A DNA stretch of 64,000 nucleotides from Harriotta raleighana (Eukaryota), in NCBI GenBank assembly GCA_050575255.1, contig JBNZDD010013683.1, positions 1,021,282-1,085,281 of the forward strand. Direction: 5' to 3'. The notes beneath the pieces were generated by a model, which had not been told where the DNA came from, ran no database searches, and saw only the letters and a program-made list of their open reading frames with translations. Positions 24,670-37,904 of this stretch are shown here, piece after piece (position 1 is the first letter of the stretch; each line of letters begins with the position of its first letter). The position numbers and the translations under genes were made by a program.

Positions 24670-25904
24670 AGACTGGGTGACAGTCAGACGACCACGTAAG
24701 CGGAGTCAGAAGAGTGGTGCAGAGGAACCCCAGGCTGTAACCATTTCCAACAGGTTTGAAGTACTTTCGACCTGTTTGGAAAAGGAGGTCTGTGACATGG
24801 TTGGACAAAGAAAAACCATTGTCATAGGAGACACAACTGTCCGAGGAATAGATAGGCGTTTTTCTGAACGGAAACGCGAATCTCGGAAGGTGTGTTGCNN
24901 NNNNNNNNNNNNNNNNNNNNNNNNNNNNNNNNNNNNNNNNNNNNNNNNNNNNNNNNNNNNNNNNNNNNNNNNNNNNNNNNNNNNNNNNNNNNNNNNNNNN
25001 NNNNNNNNNNNNNNNNNNNNNNNNNNNNNNNNNNNNNNNNNNNNNNNNNNNNNNNNNNNNNNNNNNNNNNNNNNNNNNNNNNNNNNNNNNNNNNNNNNNN
25101 NNNNNNNNNNNNNNNNNNNNNNNNNNNNNNNNNNNNNNNNNNNNNNNNNNNNNNNNNNNNNNNNNNNNNNNNNNNNNNNNNNNNNNNNNNNNNNNNNNNN
25201 NNNNNNNNNNNNNNNNNNNNNNNNNNNNNNNNNNNNNNNNNNNNNNNNNNNNNNNNNNNNNNNNNNNNNNNNNNNNNNNNNNNNNNNNNNNNNNNNNNNN
25301 NNNNNNNNNNNNNNNNNNNNNNNNNNNNNNNNNNNNNNNNNNNNNNNNNNNNNNNNNNNNNNNNNNNNNNNNNNNNNNNNNNNNNNNNNNNNNNNNNNNN
25401 NNNNNNNNNNNNNNNNNNNNNNNNNNNNNNNNNNNNNNNNNNNNNNNNNNNNNNNNNNNNNNNNNNNNNNNNNNNNNNNNNNNNNNNNNNNNNNNNNNNN
25501 NNNNNNNNNNNNNNNNNNNNNNNNNNNNNTTATAAGATCATGAGGGGTTTCGACAGGGCAAATAGAGAAAAACTATTTCCACTCGTGGGCGAATCTGTGA
25601 CCCGTGGTCACAGATTTAAAATAGTTTCAAAGCGAAGTAGAGGGGAGCTGAGGAGAAACTTTTTCACTCAGCGAGTTGTTCGAATCTGGAATGCATTGCC
25701 TGAAAAGGTGGTGGAGGATGATTCGATAACAACTTTTAAAAGGGAATTAGATCTTTATTTAGGGAGAACAGGTCTATTAGGCTATGGGGAGCGAGCAGGG
25801 CAGTGGGATTAAATTGCTCTTTTCAAAGAGCCGGCACAGACTAGATGGGCCGAATGGCCTCCTTTTGTGCCATAAACTTCTATGAATCTATGAATCTATG
25901 AATC
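24670..25904 (+). mobile_element. young CR1 LINE spanning a gap: ORF1 esterase fragment, ORF2 C-terminus and 3' UTR
   Basis: ISNRFEVL...IVIGDTTVRGIDRRF...KVCC (CR1 ORF1 SGNH esterase start); YKIMRGFDR...RRNFFTQRVVRIWNALPEKVV...GYGERAGQWD* ends at 25812; (TATGAATC)3 tail. Confidence 0.9.
24899..25529. other. assembly gap (631 N)
   Basis: seen directly. Confidence 1.
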
Positions 25905-27770
25905 AAGTTTTGGATTGCTCTGATTGCTTAGTACTTGGAAGCCTAGCTCTCTGTGGCTCTGTCTCTTATACAAGAGAGGTATGATTTTTTTTGTTCTTAC
26001 ACAGTTAATAAACTGAGCACTTCCTCATTGTAAAAGTTACATAACACCATAGTGCTAGTTTGTTGGAGAGAGGTGCTGTAAACTTGAATTATAGGTGGAA
26101 GCAAAATCCCAAATAAAAGTGCTGTGTGATAATGAGTTCAGTATTAATTCATCCAGCACCTTGGACATGCCTGCAGTCGTATAAAACATTTTCAAGGGGA
26201 AAAAGTCAAATTTTGGTGGAAATGGCATGCTCATAGAATACTCAGATTTCCTTCACTTTTATGTATATGCATTGCTTCATGATGGGTAATGGCCTGTGAC
26301 CCAATATAGAATCAGCAAGGAGGCAACTTATCACACATTGTGTGATTATAATATCACTTTTTCACAAAGCAGGAGAGCAATTAGAGCATAACTTGAGATG
26401 ACGAAGCAATGCTTTCTCTCAATCATAACTTCAGGCCACCTCTCCAGCCCAGGAGCTCAGTCCCAATATTACAGCAACACCTGCATTGCCAAAGTACATC
26501 ATGATGTGCTGTCAACGAGCACATGTCATCCAGCTTCCGAATGTACATGTTCAAGGCGCCCCAATCTGCTGAAGCCACATGGTCCATCAGATCCAAGCAC
26601 AAAACATCTGCCACAGGGATTTGGTTATCTGTGGAAAAAAAATCTCGGCCAATATTTTTAGACATTCTGACATCCTGCTCGCAGGGGTTGTGTGGGGATC
26701 TGAATGTCTACTACAATTCCAAATCTCCAGTGATTTGCATAAAGCTGAGTTTTTTTTATAAAAAGAATAATGAATGTGTGTAAGAATTAGTTTTAGGATG
26801 AATCTGGTACAGGTTAGCTCCTGCAGCACACAGTGAACAAGTTGTTTCAGCTGCACCTTAAATATTTGGGAGTTCCAGAATAAACAAGAAATGACAAATG
26901 TGATGTTATGCGGATCATTTTTCCCAAACAGCCAACATGAAGACTCTAAATCTGCCAAATTTAGGCACTTTGGGATTTGAAGTGTCACTTAAAATTATTG
27001 CAATCGAAGACTGACCAAAGGGTGGTATTGCAATCATTACTTTACAGCAACCTGAATCTGGTCATTCTAACCAAAATTAGTGCACCTGGTTAACTGGGTG
27101 TTCTGAGGTTGAGTTTTGTTTTATCAACTTTGGGACCTGTTTATCCATCTAGACTGATGGAATGAAAGCATTGAATAGCCATCTTAGTGAATAGAGAAGG
27201 CATAGTACAGTACAAAAGTGTCAACACTCACACATTCACTTTTAATGTAAATCAGTGGCCACAACAGGACTAATACGCAATATGTGAATACAATGTTGGG
27301 TTAGTGTTGGCACAGTCAGTTGTTGGGCTCTTTGAAGCATGGAGTTTGGGCATATTAGCTGCTTTTAGCTGACAGAGGAATCATGCTTGTTTGACTGGTT
27401 AAGAACTCTGACGTCAGTTACACCACTAAGGAAACTGATAGGACATATGACCATCAAAGCATATGGACCAATGCTAATTCAATATGAATGCAGTCACCAT
27501 CCTATTGTCTGTCCATTCACCAACAAGATTACAGTTTGGCAAATGTTGAAAATATTTGCCAAACAATGAAAATGCCTGAATGTACTGCAAATCTCTCCTC
27601 CATCTGTGACTTGTAAAAAAAATATATAATTTTATTCAATGCTACTTATAGCTCTGCTAAACCTAATTGCTTTAGCTAAAATGAAGCTGTTCATTTGTGC
27701 ATAGTGTTTGTTGACTCACTTGCAAAGAAACAGTTTCTCTCAGCCACACAAATGGGAATGTACGGCTATA

Positions 27771-28103
27771 TAATAATAATAATCCTTGCATTTGATATAG
27801 CGCTTTTCACATCTTATCAACATCCCAAAGCGCTTCACAGAATATACTGTAAAGTGAATTGACTGTATATTTGTGGGCGGAATGCGGCAGCCAATTGCGC
27901 ACAGCAGCGTCCCACAAACAGTCGTGGATTGAAATGACCAATTTTATTATTGTGGTATTTTTTGGGGAGGGATTATTATTAGGCATGTGGAGTAAGGAAA
28001 CTTGCCCAAGGTTTCGCCCTGATCTGCCTGGATTTGAACACAGGTCTCATGCTTCATAAGGCATGTAAGGCGAGTGCTCTAACCACTGAGCCATATAATC
28101 TCC
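27771..28103 (-). mobile_element. young tRNA-derived SINE, full length (short subtype)
   Basis: well-preserved, CpG-retaining copy; head reverse complement gagtgctctaaccactgagc. Confidence 0.92.
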
Positions 28104-28926
28104 ACCGACAGAACAAGATACCCACCTTTCCAATGTAGGGAAATTGGAAATGACAAGCTTTATGTATGTAATAAAAACTCCAAGATGGATCCAGGCAATT
28201 ATTGGGATGGTATATTCACAATATCACAAGTTGGTTTGAATCTAACCTCTTGTTAAAACCCACCCTGCCACATCCTCCTATCACAACATCAAGGTGCTTT
28301 TTAAAAGAATCTAGTGCCCCAGCTTCAACCACCTTTGCTGATACTGAAGAAAGTTAAAATGACAATGTTTGTGTCATGTATTTATGCCAGTTCTGTTCTT
28401 ATCACAGTGCAATCAAAACAGTTGGAAATATGCATCTAATATAGTTCATTTTAAATAAAGATAATAATAGTGATCCTTCCTTTTAATACAGCAACTTTTA
28501 TGTCGGGAGAACATCTCAAAGAGAGTCACAGGATATAATGGAGAAGGAACTGACTAAGTATGTTGCAGATGTAAAGCTTATATTTGCTAAAATGAGAATA
28601 TTAACAATTACGCCATCATTCGGCACGCAATGACCTATTGGGTGCGATTTTAGCAAAGGGCAATAATCTCTGCTCTGGCCTTCACCTGGTGATCGACCAA
28701 AATGTTTACTGTACTATGGGGATGTCATTTTCGTAAAATAACAATACATTTAAAAACTATATTGCAGGAAATGTTGCCTGACTGAACACCATAGGACACC
28801 TTAGACCTCAGCAAGTTTGAGTAGATGTCTCACTAGCCACATCACCATTTCCATCCAAGAAATAAAAACTGTTCATTTAAAAAGATATACAGTACATGGA
28901 CTAACATGAAAAATAAATTAATCCTG

Positions 28927-29180
28927 TAATGATAATCCTTGCATTTGATAGTGTCCTTTTTAGGTCTTCTAGACATCTTCACAGAATATATTGTAAAGTG
29001 AATTAACCATATATTTGTGGACGAAACGCGGCAGCCAATTCCACACAGCAGTGTCCCACAAACTGTTGTGGATTGAAATGACCAATTTATTATTATTAGA
29101 CATGTGGAGTAAGGAAACTTGCCTAGGATTTCACTCTGCCTGGAATTGTAATGCGAGTGCTCTAAACACTGAGCTACAGT
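28927..29180 (-). mobile_element. young tRNA-derived SINE (short subtype)
   Basis: tail, body and head all match the family. Confidence 0.9.
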
Positions 29181-29387
29181 ATTTACAAATTGCACAAGAA
29201 GATAACCTCACAGGATATTCCTGCTTTATGTTCACATTTTGAGGTTAGAAATAATCAAAGAAGAGAACCAGACATGTTGTTCCTGCATAATCTTCATCCC
29301 AGGATGTGAGCTTTAATCTATTTGTGCTTTTCACTCCAACAAAAATCATCAAGGTGCACTGTATTTCAATCAATACTGACTGGTTAC

Positions 29388-29543
29388 CATGGGTTTTGTC
29401 TGCTTTGCACCCCTCATCTCCTATTTCTGACTTGAACATCTCTTTTGGCGATGGAAATGACCTGTTATCATCTGTTTTTGACCTGTCCAGGTCTTTGTTG
29501 AAACCTTTTATGTCATTTGTATTTAAATCTTCACCTGTCCATG
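29388..29543 (-). CDS. candidate 156-nt phase 1-1 exon (WTGEDLNTNDIKGFNKDLDRSKTDDNRSFPSPKEMFKSEIGDEGCKADKTH)
   Basis: acceptor gatattttatag (short tract); donor ATG|gtaacc; only one frame is open; protein-like hydrophilic sequence; mirror antisense frame also open (29306-29647). Confidence 0.5.
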
Positions 29544-31227
29544 CTATAAAATATCCACTGCAACACCATTGCCGTTTTGGCTTATATTATCGGCAGCAGA
29601 TTTTTTTTCCATTCCACTGTCTTTATCCAGCTTACTTTACTTTCTAAGGAACTACAGTCTATTTTGGGTGTGTGGGGGGAGAGGGGTGGAAAGTAACTTT
29701 TGATTCCAATTCGAGAAGACACTTCTAAAATTTGATCTTGAATTGTAAGACATTCTTATTAAGGTTAAAAATTTGAGGCCCACTGAGCTGCCAGCAACTC
29801 TTTAATATTAGAAGCTTTGAAGGCAACCCAATGTCTGTACCACTTCGGAACTATTGGTGAGCACATAAGGTAGGCCATGCAGGGAAGCAAGTAATAATAA
29901 TTATTGCGTTTGATATAGCGGCTGTACAGTACAAGCAATTTTAAGAGGGAATTGGGAAGCTATTTGATAAATGAATTGATCAAGTAACAGGATAGATTTT
30001 CGGATTGGCTATATAGACTTTAATGGCCTTTTCTGGCACTGGACCAGATCACATGTAATAATAACCCAGTCATTGCATTTCAATTTGAAAATTACGCTTT
30101 TCACGCTGGGAAGATATCTGATAGTGCCACACAGGATTTTACGCTAAAACAAAGTGACTGTGTATTTTTTAGGCAAACTCAAATAAATGCTGAAGGTTGA
30201 AACAACACTTGATAGACTAGGATAAAAATAATTTGACAGAGCAAGTGTCCAGTGGGGGGAAATTTCCATAAATGATGCATCGAAATTCAGTTTCTGCAAT
30301 CTAGTGTTTCTGTTGCGCTCTGTGACAGAATATAAACTCAGGGAATATATGCACAATAGAGAGAAGCAAATGTCAGGAACCATAGAACATTATTTTGTTG
30401 TTGCAAACATTGATTTAATATTCTTTAACTCTCCTTATGGAATGTACATTTAAAATTCTGTTCGAAATGGCGAATTGTTCAGGATCACCTTTGTTTTCCT
30501 CTCTCTTTCTCTCCTCTATTTACCTGTCAAAATTTGTAATTAAAATACCTCTGCTTGTTTGTATTCGCTGTAAAGTCGTCGGCAACATGGTTACCCGAGA
30601 GACTTCAAATCAGTGAGCAACTCAGCTGTGGTTCTGTGGAAGTTTGTCAGAACGATCACAGTTAGTGAAAACTTTCACCACTGAAAAAGCCAGCGGAAAC
30701 AATGGACGGTGAAAGAAAGGCAAGTGCACTGATCGAGATCCCGAATACAAATAGTGCGAAAGGATAAAACTCTAATGTTTGCCCAAATATGCCGTCAAAA
30801 ATTAATTAAGACTTCAGGGAGCTGGAACTCAATGTTGCAATTGGTTAAAGCAGGCTGGTGAAACTACAGTTAGTAGCATGATCATCCCAGCATGTTGTCT
30901 CTCATCATCTCTCCAATCGCCCCTGTCAGTGCATTGGGAAAACTAAGGGAGCTTTAAAAAATATACAAGATTAATGAGGTTAAAATGCTAACCCAGAAGA
31001 GGCTGTTCTTAAATATTAGACTTGCCTTAGCACTGTAGTGCTGTGAAGTGCTCTCAGACATCGTATTATGTGAAGGGCACTATATATTATTGATAATATA
31101 TATTAATATTATTATTTGATCGTACCATTTTATATTTCAGTTAGACAATTTCTTCTGCTATTGTAATGGTTTCTGTATTTTTGTATACTGATAATACAGT
31201 AATCCGTCGAGGAAAAACAATAAGAAT

Positions 31228-31415
31228 TTGGTCACTCAATCCATGAATGTTTGTGGGATATTACTGTGCTCAATTAGCTGCCACGTTTTGCCCATAAATG
31301 TACAGTCAAATTCAACTTTACAGTATATTCTATGAAGCGCTTTGAGACATCTAGAAGGTGCAAAAAGCACTACATGAAATGCAAGAAATATTACTACAGT
31401 ATTATTATCATCATC
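31228..31415 (+). mobile_element. young SINE, 3' half
   Basis: tttggtcactcaatccatga...aaatgcaag. Confidence 0.85.
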
Positions 31416-32119
31416 ATCTCTACATATATAGATAGATATATACAGTATATCTCCAGTATTTTTGGCATTCAATGTTGTTTCTGCCCCCTTTCAAGACCCG
31501 TTTCAGAAATGGAGTCAGTATCTGGGACTACAAAATGACTTTGAAATGAACAAGAAGCTGATGTTGGGAGTTCCCATTCCATATCATTTTCAATGTGTCT
31601 GAACAAATCATCAGCCGTTCACATTAACATTATTGAGGACCCACTTACAGAACCGGCATTTTGGTAATGCTACAAGTGCTGTGTTCAAAGTTCCCAGGCG
31701 GTCCTTATATCATCCTGAGAGCTTTGAATGGACCATATGGGGGGGGCAGAGCACCAGTCCTGTAACCACTTGTTGCATTTCACTGCGTGAGTGCAATCTA
31801 CAGTGCTGCTGAAAGCTCCGAGGGCTGTTAATAGAGGGGTTCCATCATAAAGCAAACCATATGATCCCTATTTGTTCTGCACAGTTGGTAGCGAGTTATC
31901 CCTATATTTGGTGACAAGAACCACTCAAATGTCCAGGTATAAACTGTGCAGAAATATGACAAGCAGAGCTTCAACCCACTTGTAATCTGCCTGGAAAATG
32001 TTACGTGTTCTTGGAAACCCAAAGCCCTGTGACCTCTCAACAGAGTACAGTAATACCATGAGAAGGCTCAGCACAATGGACATCTGACCAACATTCACTT
32101 TCTGTACCACAGAACATGT

Positions 32120-32275
32120 TAATAATAGTCCTTGCATTTGATCTAGTGCTTTTCACATTTTATTGACGTCTCAAAGTGCTTCACAGAATATACTGTAAAG
32201 TGAATTAACCTTATATTTGTGGGTGAAACTGCATCCAATTGCACACAGCAGTGTCCCACAAACAGTCATGGATTG
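32120..32275 (-). mobile_element. young SINE, 3' half
   Basis: family tail and body. Confidence 0.85.
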
Positions 32276-33174
32276 TTAGTGGCTGATTCGCCTACTGCTC
32301 GTTTTTGCCAGTGTACTGTACTTTTGAGGAAATGTTGCACTGTATTGTCTGAAGAAAATGACAGCAAATTTACTGGCCTACAACTGTGATGTTTTAGTGC
32401 TTGCAAGATCAATATTTTACATGCGTCAAAATAAAACATAATCATTCACGTAACAACGTAATAAAAATAACTTTTATGCCATACACTTATCAGTTAATAG
32501 GGACCCATCCATCAATGGCATCTAGGTAACACACAGACACACACAAGCAATTGGCAGACAGGGGGGGTTCTGATACAGGACTTGAATGACAGAATGAGGC
32601 CAATAGGCTGAACAGACTATTTGTTCCTACATTCCTATTCTCTTATCAAACTAATTAGGTTCGGGATTGGAGTAGAGAGTGCAGCAAAAGTGTCAATTGC
32701 AAAGAGGGAAGTTACACACTTTGACCTGTCTAGGGGAGGACTTAACTTAAAACTTTCAAATTTATTGTAACCAGACACCTCATCGAATAGACAATTACCA
32801 TTGTTCCACCACCAGCTACCAAAGATAATGCTCAGAAACATCCCAAAGAAATGACACCACTATTGAAGGTATGGGGGAGGAATCAAATCGCTGAAATGTT
32901 TCGATGAACAATGAATCGGACAAGTATTTTGGCAGAAGCACAATATTATTTGGGTTTATACGATACTGGAGAAGTACAGTCTTCCCAATCTCATTTGTTT
33001 GACATTTGACATTTATAGTGAGACAAATGCAAGAGTCTATTTTGAAAATGTTGTACCTTAGACGTATTCTGTAAATTGGGACACGTTATAATATTTATCC
33101 AGAAGACAAATGCACCAATTATATTCTTGCTTGTTATGAAGTGGTAGGAAGTGGCTATCGCCAATTAGAATGAT

Positions 33175-33345
33175 AATAATAAATAATAATCCTGGTACTG
33201 TAATTGATATTGCATCTTATCAAGTTGTTGAGTTGACTCAAAGCCTTTCACAAAGTATATTATAAAGTGGATTTGACTGGGTATTTTCTGGCTCAAACAC
33301 AGCAACCAGTTGTGCACAACAGTGTCCTACAAACAGTAGTGGAAT
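33175..33345 (-). mobile_element. SINE, 3' half, degenerate
   Basis: family tail and body. Confidence 0.7.
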
Positions 33346-33827
33346 GTAAAAATAAATTATTGAAAATTAAACTGCATTTTGGCACATTTTGGCTTTAGAA
33401 TATGATTGCCTCCAGATCGGAACCATCAAAATCATTACGTTTAAAACAAAATCCTCAATGATTCTGACCAATAAACCTGCCACTTTGCATTGTAAACTCC
33501 TTGGAATAATGTAATATAGGAGAATCAGTAGTGATGGAGTTAAACTGTGATATTTCGCATCACATTAGCAAATACCAACAGAACACAAATGTAAACCTGC
33601 TTCAGAATGACACTGATCCACTGGGTACCAGACTTTGCCTTTCAATCTGCATTGTTTTGGTGCAATCAATAAAAATTCAACACCGTATCAACTTGCTAAG
33701 TTCCAGCTAGGTTAATTTCCCATTTCGCTGGCTGCAAATTTTATTCAAAATATCTACTCTTATAGTACACAACTGCCCTATTCTATTGAGCTGGAACCTG
33801 TAGTAGTAATGCTAACCATTCACCAAC

Positions 33828-33976
33828 CATTTCACCCACAAAATATACAGTCAATTCCCTTTACTGTACAATGTAGAATGTTCTCTGAAGCGCTTTGAGA
33901 TGTCTCGAAGAAATGATAAGGTGCTATATCAAATGCAAGGATTATTATTATTAATTTTATTATTACTATTATTATT
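33828..33976 (+). mobile_element. young SINE 3' fragment
   Basis: catttcacccacaaaatatacagtcaa...atcaaatgcaagg(ATT)n. Confidence 0.85.
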
Positions 33977-35209
33977 GTAGGGACTCAGGCATACCATCGT
34001 TATACAGTGTTGGAGTTTTCACCTCCCCACCCCCATTAAAATAGTGGGAAGAATTCCACCCTCTGGCTTCTCACTGCTTTGTTTATTGGTGTTTAAATAA
34101 TTTATGTGCGCTCTTGTGATTGTCACAACCACCTATTTCTGATGATTCATTTCTCAGCTTATCTTCCCATTACTTGTTTTGACGCTAATACAGCCAGCCG
34201 GCATTCCTGCTTCGATCACTCGTGTACAGCATTGTCAGGGTTGTGTCACATCATTCAGATGCAAGTGTTTTTAACTTCACTCAGAATGGGCAACAGAAAA
34301 CAAAAACCTTCCTCCAATAAAGGTTCTAGCAGTCTCCGCAGGGTTATCGGAGCATTTGAAACTTTTGCATTCGAGAGCTGATACATTCATAGATTTGTGG
34401 TTTATGAAGCCAGAATTGTGCTAAACTCTGTTTGGTGCATTGATTTCATTCAGCAAAAGCACCAAACGTATGTTGTACACTCAGTATTTAATCACTTCAC
34501 TATCTGAAGCACATTTTGAATGTTTGTAAGTATACATAACTTGTGCTTTGTAAACATTTGAAATCAATAAAAGGTATTTTGTGCTTTGCTCTTCAACGAG
34601 TCAGTTGGTTAATACGACATTGAACTGCCTGCCAAATGCATTCCACAAATCAGCTCACAATTGATCTGGCTGAACACATGTCAATCAATCCCTTGTCAGG
34701 TTAAACCTTCAAACCACGCTATCCCATTCTATTCACACTCCAAGAGAGTTCTGGTCCTCATCATTTCACAACCTGATGATGACAGACTTTAACATCAACC
34801 CATCTAGGGCAATGTGCAAGAACAGTATCCCTCAAGATGTCCTAAATATTGCTGGCTTGATTCATTCTGTAGACTGGGATAGAAGATACAAAGGCGGGAT
34901 TCTCTGCTTCTTCAAGAATCCAATTCAGAGTTAGTGGGATGGAACCTGCAATGTTTCTGAACTGCTCTCAAATGTCTTGTGAGTATTTCTGGAAGTAGGT
35001 TGTCAGAGCAGTATTCAAGCTCTTGGCTCTACGTGCTTCCAGTTATCAGAATTAGACCTTAAGTTCTCAATTCGGATTCCTTATTAAGAAATCTCTAAGA
35101 ATTGCTGCCCATTGCACCCCCACTCAAGCAATTCTCTTACATTTCTTGTGCTATTTATACAGTGCCCCTGTGCGCAGAGCAATGTCTCGGAGTGCTTAAC
35201 AACCAATAG

Positions 35210-35712
35210 TAAGAATAATCCTTGAATTTGATATTGTGCTTTATCATACTGTTGAAACATTTCAAAGCAGTTCACAGAATATATATATTGTAAGTTTTTG
35301 GGGATATTTGTTTCTCCCACAAATATACAAATAATTCATTTTACAGTATATTCTGTGAAGCAATTTGAGACGTCTCAAAGCGCTATATTAAATGCTGGGA
35401 TTATTATATTAAATTATGAAGAAAATTCACTGTATAACTTGTGGGCAGCAGCCAATCGCACACAGCAGTGTCCCACAAACACTTGGGATTGAATGACCAA
35501 ATTATTCTTATTTGATTTATTTGATTTGGAAGTGATTCTTACCTCCGGAAAGCAATCCACCAATCAACTAACACAGGCGTTCCTACTTACTGCTAGGTAA
35601 ACAGAGATGTGTGGAGTAAGGAAATGTGCCTAGGTTCTGACCTGTCTGGGAATCAAACCTGGATCCTCTCACTTTTGAGACAAGTGCTCCAACTCATATG
35701 ATAAAGGACTTC
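35210..35712 (-). mobile_element. SINE (long subtype) with a nested plus-strand SINE tail at ~35310-35410
   Basis: minus tail at 35210-35290, plus tail at 35310-35410, minus body/head resumes at ~35425-35712. Confidence 0.8.
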
Positions 35713-37838
35713 AGAAGCAACCACCCCACTTCCGCCCACCACCAAAGCTGCTCTGAAGTCCTGGTGATGAGGCGAGTCTGAGGGGATTGAGCGAGGATAA
35801 ATATGAAGCCTGGAATTTAGATACCATACAAATGGATTATTCCTACATCAGCCATTCAAGGCAATGTCGCACATTGTGCTCAGCTGATCCCAAATAGTAA
35901 TGGAAATCAATCTAAATTCAGCCTTTTGCTTTCGAGCAAACATGATGTCAACCTTTGGGAGATGCCTTCTCATCCACCTAATGACCTGGCAAAGGAGTTC
36001 TTAAATCAACACACAACACGTTTCCTTCAGTGTTACTCTGATATTTTTGAATCTCTTTCATTGCTTAAGGACACATTTCCAAAGTTCACCATCAGGACTG
36101 GTAAACGCACAGAGCGCCATATGGTTTCGGCTTGGAAAATGCAACACGCCCGACCATCTGTGTGCAGTAACATTTTGTAAGAAGTGTGAAACCGAATTTC
36201 TGAAGAAATTCTGTGATGTTATAGTGAGCAGCCTGGCCTTTCATCGGGACTCAGCATCACCTCACTATATCACTAATTGGCATGAAATGCAGAAGCTGCA
36301 TTCCATGGTTACAAGACATCATGCCGCTATACAAGAGACTAATCACTTTTTCTGCCATTAAACTTTGGTGGAATAATTGATGTTGTCTCCCACTTACAAA
36401 ACCATTCATATTTTTAATGCAAGTTCAATAATACCACAGTTGCAGAATGGTACCAAAGATCGTCTGCAATAGAAGTGTCACTGTAGCAATTTATTGAAGT
36501 CACCAATCTGACCTGTCAGTAACCCCTTTGGTCAAATAGTAAATTATTCGACGCATTAACAACATGGATTCAGACAAGTGGATGCTGACTCACTCTTAGC
36601 TTTTTGTGAGTAGATTTTACTGAAATTTAGGCACACATCCAGAACAGATATCCATCATCTTGTGCTTGTGCTTGTGTTGTGCGAGGAAATTATCAAAGCA
36701 GTTGCCAAAAATAGTTATTTCTGATACTATTCTATCGTTTACTTCATACCGTCCTAAAATGCATCCTTTCCCTTTACTCAAAGCAGCTTGAGTTGATTTA
36801 TTTACTCTACTTGGTGGTGTACAGTTGAATAATTATCGCCAAGCAATATAGGGAAGTACAAAGTACCCTCTCCTCCCTCCGAATCTGACAGTGAACATAA
36901 AGGCGAGTCTAAAATTAGAAAGTGAAATGCATTGTTTGGGAGCCTTCCTAACTTATTTCATCTGCCGAGGGAGACATCAACCCACAGAGAAACCATCCCA
37001 AAATACAGTACACACTACGAGAATTCCTATTTCTTCTCAAGCTTCTTCTGTTCCGCAGATGATATACTGCTTTGCCAAAATGCCTTTGAACAGTGTTTAA
37101 CTGGCTATGGTGCCGTTAGACATTTACAATATTAGTAGGAAATCCCGTCCCCATATCATTTGTGCAGAGTGCTGTGTAATCAGGAAAAAGTCCCAAACTG
37201 ATTCCGTCAAATTACACTCATTCCCCATCCCCCATCCACTGTCTGTTTTATTTATCATTTATTCCCATTTTCTTTTGCCAAGCAAATTTCATCCTGCCCA
37301 GTTAATTTATCACTGACCCAAGAGGCTCTTTAAAAGCATCAGCTGCAAGATTTCAATACTTTTCAAAGATCTAAGTGAATTACATTTATCAGATACTGTC
37401 CTCATCCACTACTTTTGATACTTTGTATTTTGCTTTTTAAGATCATTCTCATCAGCCTCTATTATTAACTACAGGTTTTATTGACGTGGTTCCTGATATG
37501 AGAGAGAGGGAGAGAGAGTGAGAGAGAGGTGTCTTTGAATATTAAACATCCTTAAGGGCATTATATAAATGCGAGTTATTGTTGATAGTCCTTTTCATTA
37601 AGGAAACAGCATCAGTTTATTTCCTTTTATTTCCTTTATCCCTCCAATCTAAAGTTATATTTCATATGATTTTACTTTCAACTCTTCAGTGAAATGAATA
37701 AAGATTCATGTGCTAAATAATAGCCGTCTAGACTTTTGCTGCCTTGTTGTTAAAAGGGTTGACAATTGTATTTGTGTGGAGGGAGAGACAGCATAAATAA
37801 TCCAAGAACTGACAGTGTTTTTCAAGCACAAGGGTTTT

Positions 37839-37904
37839 TCAGCGCCTTGGGTCGTCCGCCCGACGTGAAAGGCTTTATACAAATGTAATTTTGTTGTTGT
37901 TGTT
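37839..37904 (+). mobile_element. L2 3'-tail-only fragment
   Basis: tcagcgccttgggtcgtccgcccgacgtgaaagg...(TTG)n. Confidence 0.8.

Noticed and set aside
24677-25812. Longest ORFs in the track (288 and 306 aa)
   Set aside because: Their length comes from translating the N gap; the real parts are CR1 ORF1 and ORF2 fragments.
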